Program-made: the position numbers and the translations under genes
Notes under the pieces: model-generated
What the model was told of the DNA's origin: nothing
Seen by the model: only the letters and a program-made list of their open reading frames with translations
Database searches by the model: none
Shown here: positions 19,495 through 28,870 of the stretch, one piece after another
Numbering within the stretch: the first letter of the stretch is position 1
How the letters are laid out: each line of letters opens with the position of its first letter
Origin: Nitrosopumilaceae archaeon
GTDB lineage: Archaea > Thermoproteota > Nitrososphaeria > Nitrososphaerales > Nitrosopumilaceae
DNA: 64,000 nucleotides
NCBI GenBank assembly: GCA_965203465.1
Contig: CBDBCR010000001.1
Coordinates: 192,001 to 256,000 of the forward strand
Reading direction: 5' to 3'

Positions 19495-19568
19495 GGGCCG
19501 GTCGTCTAGCCTGGTAGGATAGGTGCATGGCATGCATCGGATCAAGGGTTCAAATCCCTTCCGGTCCA
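19495..19568 (+). tRNA. tRNA-Ala(GGC)
   Basis: Acceptor GGGCCGG/CCGGTCC with G3:U70 alanine identity pair; anticodon loop ATGGCAT; T loop TTCAAAT. Confidence 0.95.
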
Positions 19569-19612
19569 TCTTTCTCTTGTCCCTTTTATCGGATGTTTCC
19601 GGGTGGTAATCG

Positions 19613-20809
19613 ATGAAAATAACGCTGGCCGAGTTCGAAAGGACGGACGGGGCCCCGCCGCTCGAGATGTTCACGCAGGGGATCAAGGCCGAAGAGACGC
19701 GCGAAAAGTACACGCGCACGCTGCGCCGCGTGCTGTGCAACATATTCGAGGAGATACTCGAGGGGACGTTCGAGGAGCGCGCAGCGCAGCTGGTAAGGCA
19801 CGGCAGGGAAAACCCGGACTGGGTGCGCGATCTTTTGCTCAACCTCTCCAAAAAGCTGCGCGCAAGGACAGAGCTTGCGCGCAACGACCCCGACTACTTC
19901 AATCCGTCCTCGATATCCAACTACTTCAAGCCGATCAAAAAGCTGCTGGACATGAACGACGTGAGCATGCCGTGGGCGCGCATCTACGCTACTTTTCCGG
20001 AGCAGGACAACGTGCCCGATTCGCGCGGATGGACGCGCGCCGAGATATCGCGGATGCTCCGGTTCGCCTCGGGCACCACCGACAGGGCGCTGGTGCTGCT
20101 GGCGGCAAGCTCGGGCATACGGATGGGCGGCTTCGACCTGGACTGGGGGGACATGAAGCCGGTGTACCGCGACGGCGACAAGCTCTCGTTCGAGGGGTCG
20201 GGCGAGCCGGCCTGCGCCATGCTTTCCATATACAGGGGGACCAGCTCCCAGTATCCGGCGTTCATCACGCCCGAGGCGTGCCGCGCGCTGGCCGACCACC
20301 GCGCGTCGTGGGCGCGCGAGACGGGCAGGCAGCCAGAGCCGTCCGATCCCATGTTCAAACAATACGGTCCGCTCCCGCGCAGGGCCACGCAGGTGTCCAT
20401 GAAAAAGAGGATACAGCGCATGATGTCAAAGGCCGACCTGCGCTCCCCAGAGCTCAAGAACCACCGCAGGTTCAAAGTCCCCATGATGAACGGGTTCCGC
20501 CGGTTCTGGAACAAGGCGTGCAAGGAATCCATGTCCCCGGATTCGCCGCTGGCCTCGCTGGTCAAGACCGAGTTCATGATGGGCCACAAGGGCCTGATCA
20601 GCCTGGACAAGAACTACTTCCAGGTGAGCCCCCTGGAGCTGGCAGCCGAGTACCTGCACGCCGTGCCCAACCTGACCATAGGCGACGAGGAGCGGCTGGC
20701 GGCCGAATCCGAGCGCAGGGCCGAGCGGATAGCCGAGCTGGAGAAGGACAAGGACGAGATCAAAGAGCTGCGCGCCCTGGTCGAGCAGCTCTCGCGCCGG
20801 ATAAAATAG
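19613..20809 (+). CDS. tyrosine recombinase/integrase
   Basis: RALVLLAASSGIR (catalytic R), NGFRRF (HxxR-like), EFMMGH...DKNYF (H, Y); C-terminal coiled coil. Confidence 0.88.
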   Translation: MKITLAEFERTDGAPPLEMFTQGIKAEETREKYTRTLRRVLCNIFEEILEGTFEERAAQLVRHGRENPDWVRDLLLNLSKKLRARTELARNDPDYFNPSSISNYFKPIKKLLDMNDVSMPWARIYATFPEQDNVPDSRGWTRAEISRMLRFASGTTDRALVLLAASSGIRMGGFDLDWGDMKPVYRDGDKLSFEGSGEPACAMLSIYRGTSSQYPAFITPEACRALADHRASWARETGRQPEPSDPMFKQYGPLPRRATQVSMKKRIQRMMSKADLRSPELKNHRRFKVPMMNGFRRFWNKACKESMSPDSPLASLVKTEFMMGHKGLISLDKNYFQVSPLELAAEYLHAVPNLTIGDEERLAAESERRAERIAELEKDKDEIKELRALVEQLSRRIK

Positions 20810-20841
20810 CGGCCTTTTATGCAGGCCGCCGCACCGGCCGC

Positions 20842-20964
20842 GTGAAAGACTGCCCTTCCTGCTCGGAGCCGTTCACATACCATTCCAACAAGCGGCTGGT
20901 CGCGTGCGCGCGGCGCTTCCTAAAGTCGGCACCCTCGGGTTCCCGGCGCGGCGGCCCGGACTAG
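20842..20964 (+). CDS. small putative Zn-binding peptide (CxxC-x6-H-x7-C)
   Basis: GTG start: KDCPSCSEPFTYHSNKRLVACARRF; TTTTAT box at ~20815. Confidence 0.45.
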   Translation: MKDCPSCSEPFTYHSNKRLVACARRFLKSAPSGSRRGGPD

Positions 20965-21001
20965 GCCCCCCGCCTTTTTCCCGCCCGGCTCTGCCTCCCG
21001 G

Positions 21002-21049
21002 GATGTGCCGCTTAACGGGGCGCAAAGGTGCCCCGTTAAGGGCCACATC
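21002..21049. other. long inverted repeat / hairpin
   Basis: CTTAACGGGGCGC-AAAG-GTGCCCCGTTAAG, extended by GATGTG/CACATC. Confidence 0.8.
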
Positions 21050-21109
21050 GCGGGCAAAACCTGACCCTTTTTTCGCCCAGCAGACCTTGCCGGCCGCGCG
21101 CGGCACCCC

Positions 21110-21736
21110 TTCGGGCGGCGCCGGGCTGTAGGAGGGCCTATACCCTTCATGGCGGCAGCTAGGCTGTCGGGTAGCATATACCCTTAAGCTGGGACGCTGG
21201 CGTCCCGAGTAAAGGGCACATCGCCCCAGTCGCGGGCGCCTAGTGCGCCCGGCGGATCTCCCCGCCGCGCACGATCTTTTTCGGGCGGCGCCGGGCTGTA
21301 GGAGGGCCTATACCCTTCATGGCGGCAGCTAGGCTGTCGGGTAGCATATACCCTTAAGCTGGGACGCTGGCGTCCCGAGTAAAGGGCACATCGCCCCAGT
21401 CGCGGGCGCCTAGTGCGCCCGGCGGATCTCCCCGCCGCGCACGATCTTTTTCGGGCGGCGCCGGGCTGTAGGAGGGCCTATACCCTTCATGGCGGCAGCT
21501 AGGCTGTCGGGTAGCATATACCCTTAAGCTGGGACGCTGGCGTCCCGAGTAAAGGGCACATCGCCCCAGTCGCGGGCGCCTAGTGCGCCCGGCGGATCTC
21601 CCCGCCGCGCACGATCTTTTTCGGGCGGCGCCGGGCTGTAGGAGGGCCTATACCCTTCATGGCGGCAGCTAGGCTGTCGGGTAGCATATACCCTTAAGCT
21701 GGGACGCTGGCGTCCCGAGTAAAGGGCACATCGCCC
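21110..21736. repeat. perfect 170-bp tandem repeat, about 3.7 copies, non-coding and hairpin-rich
   Basis: TCGGGCGGCG recurs at 21111, 21281, 21451 and 21621; units identical; the last copy ends at ...ACATCGCCC (21736). Confidence 0.97.
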
Positions 21737-22042
21737 GGGCCCCCCCCGCCCGTCCGGCAGCAGCCGCCCGGCCGGAAAACCCATCTAATCCCGGGCTTTG
21801 AATGACAAAAGCGCCGAGGCGCGCGGCCCCGGCCGCCAAGGCGCCTAGAATTTTCTTGCCGCCGTCAAGGGGCAGGCATCCGATCCGGCGCTGCGCGCTC
21901 TCATGCCCGGTACTCGGAATCCCCGGAACCGAGAACTTCCGAGTTTATATAACGAGCCCGCCGCGCCGCGTTCGTGATCCTCGCCGCGCCGTTCGTGGTT
22001 GCAGAACGTTGCCGGCCGATGCCGCGGCGCGGGTGAAGTCAG

Positions 22043-22507
22043 ATGGAATTCAAAATTCCGTTCACGAGTTCGTCTCTAGTCTTCGGCCCTCAGAAGGTGT
22101 TGACGGAATGCCAAAAATGCGGCGTTCCGACGCGCCACAAATGCGTCAAGGTGGTCGGCAACCTGTCCAAATGGAGGTGCGAATCGTGCAGCACGGTCTA
22201 CGTGTCTCTCACTGCCAAATGCTCTGAATGCCCCAACGAGAAACTGAGCCTGCTGGAGGATCGCGACACGTGGATCAAGTTTGAATGCGGAATGTGCTCG
22301 TCGGTCACGTACTTTTACATTTTTGATTGCAGTTTGTGCAGAAAATCTACTTTGCATGAGGGCATTGGCCCGATATGGAAGTGCGTCAACTGCAACACGC
22401 AGTCCGAGATGCAAGGTAAGCATTTGGCTGAAATTATTCAGGACATTGGTAATAGAATCCAATCAGACACCGTGCAAGATGCATTAGACGCAAAGTACCA
22501 AAACTGA
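22043..22507 (+). CDS. multi-zinc-ribbon protein
   Basis: Six CxxC motifs (CQKC, CESC, CSEC, CGMC, CSLC, CVNC); lower GC than the host genes. Confidence 0.75.
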   Translation: MEFKIPFTSSSLVFGPQKVLTECQKCGVPTRHKCVKVVGNLSKWRCESCSTVYVSLTAKCSECPNEKLSLLEDRDTWIKFECGMCSSVTYFYIFDCSLCRKSTLHEGIGPIWKCVNCNTQSEMQGKHLAEIIQDIGNRIQSDTVQDALDAKYQN

Positions 22508-22577
22508 CTCTGCCGGTACGGCGGCATAGGCGGGAACGTATGCTCTGCCCCTTAAATCCTGCCCGCCCACCGCCCTC

Positions 22578-23399
22578 GTGAAGGTCGGACTGGATCTCGG
22601 AACGGGGTTCGTAAAGTGCGTCTCGGACGTGGGCTCGGTCAGGTTCCCCACCCTGTACGCCAGGCGCGTGGGCGGGTGCTGGTCCACGAAGGCGTCCGAG
22701 GCGGTCGGCTCCGGCGCCCTGGCCCTGCTGGGAACCGCGGGGACCGCGGCGGTCGGGCCCATATCGAAGGGCAGGCCGGATCCGCGCCACCAAAAACAGG
22801 TCGAGATGCTCGTGCGCGAGGCGCTGGCCCAGATCCGGTGCCTGGCCAAGGCGCCGGCGCCCGGCAACGAGAAACTGAGCATGGTGGTGGGTTTGCCCTA
22901 CCACGCGTTCGACCAGCGCGAGTTCGTCGCAAAGCTGGTAAAGCGCACGCTCGACGCGGACTCGTGCAGCGTGGTCGCCCAGGCGTGCGGCACGCTGGTG
23001 GACCTTGACATGGACACGGGCGTGGTGGTATCGATAGGGCAGGGCACCACCGAGATAGTGGTCGTCGACGGATCGGAGGTAATCGACGGCGCAAGCTCGG
23101 CCTGGGCCTCGGACTTCGTTACCAAAAAGGTGGGCAGGTTCGCCCACTTGGACCCGTCCGCGCTGGAGGCGCACAAGGACGTCTGCAAAAAGTACGCGCG
23201 CGTCTTGGCGGAGAACCTGGCCGCCGAGATCCGGGACGTGGCCGGCCAGTACGGGTACCCCCTGGCGCTCTCGGGCGGCGGGCTGCTGATGCCGGGCGTG
23301 CGCGACGAGCTGGAGGCCCGCCTCGAGGGCCGCAAGATCGTGGTGCCGTCCGACCCCGTGATGAGCAACGCGCGCGGGCTGTACAAGCTGGCGGCCTGA
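22578..23399 (+). CDS. actin-like ATPase, ParM/StbA/MreB superfamily
   Basis: Phosphate-1 GLDLGTGFVK, VVGLP, phosphate-2 SIGQGTTE, adenosine LSGGG, NARG. Confidence 0.88.
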   Translation: MKVGLDLGTGFVKCVSDVGSVRFPTLYARRVGGCWSTKASEAVGSGALALLGTAGTAAVGPISKGRPDPRHQKQVEMLVREALAQIRCLAKAPAPGNEKLSMVVGLPYHAFDQREFVAKLVKRTLDADSCSVVAQACGTLVDLDMDTGVVVSIGQGTTEIVVVDGSEVIDGASSAWASDFVTKKVGRFAHLDPSALEAHKDVCKKYARVLAENLAAEIRDVAGQYGYPLALSGGGLLMPGVRDELEARLEGRKIVVPSDPVMSNARGLYKLAA

Positions 23400-23607
23400 G
23401 GCCGGATTTTTCAGCAGGACAGCAACCCCTTCGTCTTTGGCAACTATGGCATGCTCCCAAGATCGGATCCGCAACCGCCGGATCTGAACAGCGCAGATCC
23501 GGCAGAACGGCCCAAACGCGCATCCGTTCGGCTACAGACGATCTCGTTGCCGAAAGGCTGCCCGACTATTCGGCCGGCCCCTTTTATGCGGCCCGGCACC
23601 GGCAGCC

Positions 23608-26165
23608 GTGGGCGGAAAATGGCGGCTGGCCAACGGGCGCAAGCCAAAAGGGGTATTGGACGGGGCCAAAAAGTTCCTGCCCGGGCCCGCCGACGTAGCG
23701 GCCTGCTCTGTGTCGGTCCCCGTGGAGACGGACAAGAAAGAGGCGGTCGAGGCGGCCGGCGGGCTGGCCTGCCCGGGCGTGAGAAGCTACGAGGTGTGGT
23801 GGGACGGCGCCGAAAAGCAGCTTCGGATGGTGCTGGCGTGCGAGAGGGCCGACATGGCGGGGTACAGGCAGGCGTTCCGCAACATGTACCCCACCGCGGC
23901 GTTTTCCGACGCGGAAACCGCGCCTTCCTGGTTCGACCCGGCCGGAAAATACCGCATGTTCGACGTGGGCGCCTACCACGGCCACTACGCGACCGTCTTC
24001 GACAAGGCGCGCGCCCACCAGATAATGTCGCAGATAGCCAGCACCGTCCAGCTTTCAAGCAAGGCCTGGATACAGTTCGTCTTCAAGTCGTACTCGTTCA
24101 ACCCCTTCCTGAGGAGGCACGTGGCCAGGCTGGACGGCAAGGTCCGCGAGATACGCCGGGGCAACTACCTCTCCAATACGGAAATACTGATGCACCCCGA
24201 CAAAAAGCCGCACGACCACCCGGAGGCGGGCAGGGACTTCGACAACAACTACGCCGGCCTGCAAAAGCACGCCACCCTCAAGATGCAGGGCTCCCACGTG
24301 CTGATGGCCGTGCGCGGGCTGATGGTCAGCGACGACGAGATCGACCTCAATTTCGACGAGATCGAGGCCCTGCCCGTCGAGAGCGTGCGCTCGGGCCACG
24401 AGCACCTGACCAAGTTCCGGTACCTCGACGCGGAGAGGTGGAGGCACGGATCCCAAAAATCGGAGATACGGGCGGGCGGGCAGAAACTGAGCCGCCTGGA
24501 GATGTTCCCGCGCCGCCTGCTGCCCGACCCCGAGCAGCATTTGGAAAAGGTGCTGTCCGGGTATTGCGGGCGCGGCCTGTTCGGCTACAAAGACAGGCGG
24601 CCCCTGCCCTTTTTGATGCTGACCCTCTCGGAGATGCCGCTGTTCGTGCATTTGCCGTCCCCGTCCACGCCCAACATAGACACCACCCGCGGCGTGGCCA
24701 TGCCGACAAAGCCGTCCGAAAAGGAGGGCGGGCCGCTCGGCTCGTTCGTTCCCGGCGCCGGCGCCCCCGAGTGGGGCCTGACCGTCAGGTCCAAGGACGC
24801 CGAGGCGGCCGTGGTGTCTCCCTCGGACTTTGCCACCCACCTGTACGCCGTCGGCGGCTCGGGCTCGGGCAAGACTTCCCTGATCCGGCTGCTCGCCAAG
24901 CACCTCGAGGCGTGGAACGACTCGGGGCAGTTTCCCAACGCGTTCATTTACGTAGACCCGAAAGGGGACGACTCCCGCAAGTTCGTCCAGCAGTGTTTGC
25001 CGGGATCTTTGGAGGAGGGCAGAGTCCACTACTTGGATCCGCAGGAGACGCGCTTTTCGATAAACCCGCTCGAGCTGCCGCCCCACAAGGAATCGGAGCG
25101 CGAGGAGGTGGTCTCGCGGTACGTCGGGTACTTCATGAAGACGATAGAAGAGTGGTACCAGCAGTCTGCCAGCTACGTGCAGATGGAGAGGATCTTCCGG
25201 GCCCTGCTCTTCTACATGTACATGAAGCACGACGCCCCGACCTTCCTGGACATGCACGGTATCATATTGAGGCTGCAGGGGGGCAAGGACGCGCTGGCCG
25301 ACGTCATCCGCGAGTACGGCGAGCCGGACCCCGAGATGGCCCAGGCCCTCGAGAGCATATCTTCCCTCAAGGGGGACGCTTTCGTGCCCCTCCTGAACCG
25401 CGTGGAGCAGTTCGCCACAGACCCGGTCCTCAAGAGGATGTTCTCTGTCAGGCGCGGGACCGTAGATTTCGACGAGCTAGTAAAGCCCGGCTCCTGCACG
25501 GTGGTCCGCATATCGCCCCTAAACATGCCCCAGCACGTCCAGCCGCTGGCCATGCAGGCGTTCATCCTGAAGCTGTGGTTTACAATACAGGAGCGGGCCG
25601 CCGGACACCGGAGCGCGACCGCACCCAGGTGGTCCTGGCCCTGGACGAGTTCCAGATAGTAAAGGACCTGCAGGTTCTGCAGCTCATGCTCGAGCAGGCC
25701 CGCTCGCTGGGCCTCGGGCTCGTACTGTCACACCAGACCACCGAGCAGATCAGCGACAGGCAGCTTGGCATAATCACCGGCAACTCTGGCACCCAGTTCG
25801 TGGGGCGCGTCAACGGCAGGGACGCGGCCCGGATATCGCAGATCTGGGACCCCCAGTTCCAAAAGCCGCTCCAGCACCAGCTTGCCAGCCAGGAATATTT
25901 CCACTGGACGGTGAGGGAAAAGGCGCCGCCCGGCAAGGAGCAGCCGCCGCCTTCACAGTTCTGGCTGAGCCCCCCTCCCGGGCTGGTCTCGGCGGGCATG
26001 TTCGAGCAGTTCGTCTCGTCACAGCTTGCAAAGTACGGAAGCGGCGTGGTAGAGGGGGCGGCCCGCGCCGCCGGCCCCGTCCAGTGGAAGGCGTCGCTGG
26101 ACGTGGACGTGCCGCCACGTAGGACTACGCCATTTACGAGGCTAGATTCCATCCGCGTTACTTAA
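23608..26165 (+). CDS. VirD4/VirB4/HerA-like conjugative-type ATPase (1-nt frameshift near 25600)
   Basis: THLYAVGGSGSGKT (Walker A), IYVDPKGD, INPLE; after the shift VVLALDEFQ (Walker B) and EQARSLGLGLVLSHQT. Confidence 0.85.
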
Positions 26166-26245
26166 ATGAGCCCAAACTTGGTCAGGATCGTGTTCTGTAA
26201 AGCATTCGTGCAAACGGCGCGCGGCATACTGGACGGTGGGCTATT

Positions 26246-26908
26246 TTGAAATCGTCTGACACACCGTACCTGAAATGTGGGAAGTGTGACTGGAGACGGC
26301 ACAGGTTGGACGGTATGACATTCCGGTGTGGGTGCGGTGCTGCCAACTACGAGGTGCGCGAGATCCATGCGTCAAAATCGATGCGGGGGCCAGACGCTTT
26401 TCTATTCATCGAGCGTAATATCGAGGGCGCGTCCCCTTGCCGCGAGTGTGGTGTAGTTATGAAGCAGATACTGTACGCGGGCAGGGTGGTGGGTACCGTT
26501 GGTTGCTCCAGCCATGATTCTATAGACACCATGGTGCGCGAATACGCCCTTGCCCGATACAACATGCTCAACGCCGAACACTATCGCATAGAGCGCGAGA
26601 GAACGGACGCGGAGCAAAGGTTGGCCGGCCCCGTATGGCTCAAGTACAATAACGTCTGGCACATAAAGGCCCCTGGTGGTAGAACTGGCGACGAGGTAAC
26701 CGTGGTGAAAAGTGACGGCACGAAGTCCGACCAAGTGCTCGGCACGCCAGTAGCCGACGATATTTTTGTGCCTGCAGTGCCCAAGGGCCGCAAACGAGGC
26801 AAGTGTGAAGAGTGCGGTATGGACGGACATGAACGCGGAAAAGGAAGAGTATTGTGCAATGCCTGCGTGGCCCGCAATCGGTCAAGGTACGCCAGACGAA
26901 GGTCTTAG
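26246..26908 (+). CDS. hypothetical Cys-rich (zinc-finger) protein in low-GC DNA
   Basis: CGKC, CGCG, CREC, CEEC, CNAC motifs; GDEVTVVKSDG segment. Confidence 0.6.
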   Translation: MKSSDTPYLKCGKCDWRRHRLDGMTFRCGCGAANYEVREIHASKSMRGPDAFLFIERNIEGASPCRECGVVMKQILYAGRVVGTVGCSSHDSIDTMVREYALARYNMLNAEHYRIERERTDAEQRLAGPVWLKYNNVWHIKAPGGRTGDEVTVVKSDGTKSDQVLGTPVADDIFVPAVPKGRKRGKCEECGMDGHERGKGRVLCNACVARNRSRYARRRS

Positions 26909-27127
26909 ACATGCTAGTGGAGGGGTTCATAGCGTCTGACTATTGGGCGCTCGGATTCTACAGCTTTGTACATGAACATGCTTACATGAAAGCTGTAGAT
27001 CGCGCCGGGTGCCTGCAAACTCGCGCCCCTTCGACTCGGGTAAGAGTTTGACGCCGCAGAATCCCGGTTCTGCTGGAGTCAACAATAAATGCCGGAACGC
27101 CCAAAAGGGACACTGTGGGTTCATTTT

Positions 27128-28623
27128 CAGTAGAAGTCATGCGTAATCCCCCGGAGTCCGGCTCCGGTGGGCGCGCAACGCCGCTACATATGTATCAATA
27201 TTGATAATATTGCGCGGAAAGCCGTAGATTCACAAAGACACGTGCGGCGACAACCTTGAGAGAGTTTCTGCCCTCCTGCCGCTCTTCGCGGCCGCAGTTA
27301 GCGGCTGCGCGCCGTCTTGGGCCCCGGCTTTTTGCCCTTGCGGTGGGTGCGCGGCTCCCTGTTCCCGCTGGTCATGATGGCCAGGTTGACCACGCCAATG
27401 ATCACGTCCAGCCCCCTCCTGAACTTTCCCTCGATTTTGCGCCCCCGGTTGCGCACCCACGCGAACGTCTCCACCTTGCGGAACGTGTTCTCTATCTGGA
27501 CGCGCTTGGTGTTCACGCGGTGGTTGTGCGCCCTTGCCTTCTTGGTGCCGCTTTGGGCGCGCGGCAGCGGCATCATTATCTTGGATCCGGGGTGGTGCTT
27601 GTCCAGGCCCCGGAAGCCCTTGTCGACGAACTCGATTATCTGCATGGCGGCGCTTTCCCCCTTCATGCACCGGGTTATCAGGCCCAAGTCCGGCTCCGAT
27701 TCGCGCAGGAGTGTCAGGTCGTGGGTGCTGCCCGGCGCCAAGTCGCTGTGGCCCAGCAGCGCCCCCTTGGCATTGGAGATCGCGTCGCTTTTGCGCGTGG
27801 TGTCTTTTTTCTTGCCCGAATAGCACGCGTCCCTCTCGTCCTTGTCGGTCGGGCGCTGCACGCGCAGTTCCACGCCGTCGGTGATCGCGATGTTGCCAGG
27901 CAGCGTCGGGCCCGGGTCGCCCGCGGAGCCCAGCTTGAAGCCGGCGATTTTTTCCAGCCGGCGCAGCAGCTTGTTGAACACTCTCTGGATCTGATCCTCC
28001 GTCCTGGCGTTCTGCAGCTCCTCGGATATCCTGTCCGCGGTGGGCAGCAGATTGGACATCCACTGCTCTATGTATTCAAAGTACCTGCTGATGGCGGTCT
28101 GGCTGATCTTGTAGACCGAGGCCACGTAGTCCTGCGACATGCCGTGCCGCTTGTGCTCAAAGTACAGGAACAGCATGTGCCTGGGGGCCACGGAGCACCG
28201 CCTCCCGGCCGAGCTCTCCGCCCCCTTCTTTCCCCAGTACAGCGGCGAATTCAGATCCGCGTCCATGCTGTTGAGCAGGGCGGCAGAGACCAGGCGGAAG
28301 TTGTCCTCGGGCAGCCCCGTCCTGATCTGCAGCACCCCGCCTTCGTCTATGTAAGAGTCGACCATTATGAGGCTGGCCGTCCTGGTGACGTCGAGTTCGG
28401 AAAGGCCAGACGCCTCGGCCAGGAACTTGGCCGCACCCCCAGGCGTCTCCGGCGTCGGAATCGTCCTCGCCTTGGCCCTTACCATGGCCGCGAGGGCCCG
28501 GATCGCCGGATCTTAAGGTTTCGATCAGAATTCTTTAGACAAGAAGTCTAGAAAAGTTGATTCGCTGCGCGTTGCCCGCCGCGCAAAACTCAGACTCCGG
28601 GGGATTACGCATGACTTCTACTG
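27128..28623 (-). mobile_element. IS5-family insertion sequence (DDE_Tnp_4 type)
   Basis: Perfect 31-bp inverted repeats CAGTAGAAGTCATGCGTAATCCCCCGGAGTC at 27128-27158 and 28593-28623 flanking one transposase ORF. Confidence 0.93.
27298..28485 (-). CDS. DDE transposase (IS5/ISL2-like)
   Basis: TDGVELRVQRP...YSGKKK, PGSTHDLT, VDKGFRG, HNHRVNTKRVQIENTF; HTH before the catalytic domain. Confidence 0.92.
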   Translation of the reverse strand: MVRAKARTIPTPETPGGAAKFLAEASGLSELDVTRTASLIMVDSYIDEGGVLQIRTGLPEDNFRLVSAALLNSMDADLNSPLYWGKKGAESSAGRRCSVAPRHMLFLYFEHKRHGMSQDYVASVYKISQTAISRYFEYIEQWMSNLLPTADRISEELQNARTEDQIQRVFNKLLRRLEKIAGFKLGSAGDPGPTLPGNIAITDGVELRVQRPTDKDERDACYSGKKKDTTRKSDAISNAKGALLGHSDLAPGSTHDLTLLRESEPDLGLITRCMKGESAAMQIIEFVDKGFRGLDKHHPGSKIMMPLPRAQSGTKKARAHNHRVNTKRVQIENTFRKVETFAWVRNRGRKIEGKFRRGLDVIIGVVNLAIMTSGNREPRTHRKGKKPGPKTARSR

Positions 28624-28870
28624 CTAAATTCGTGCCATGCGGCTGAATTCTTGGCGTTTGGCTGTTGTCGTCGATTGCTTTTGCAGGATTTGCCAATCTC
28701 AACACATACGGCCTAGGCCGGTGGACTCGGCGGCTGTGTAGGCACCCGCACGCCCAGAGGCTCCTTTCGTCGCTGTAGATGGCAGAGTCCAAGCTGGGCG
28801 ACTACCAGACCATCCGCAGCGGCTTCCGCTCCAGGCAGCGCCGCGCCTGCCGGCACGGGCTCTAGGCACA

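Noticed and set aside
21110-21736. CRISPR array
   Set aside because: The units are fully identical with no variable spacers, the period is 170 bp, and there are no cas genes in the window.
25595-25610. Programmed frameshift or pseudogenisation of the conjugative-type ATPase
   Set aside because: One extra C in GCCGCC(C)GG restores ...ERAARTPERDRTQVVLALDE. There is no slippery heptamer, and it fits the homopolymer errors seen elsewhere in the window.
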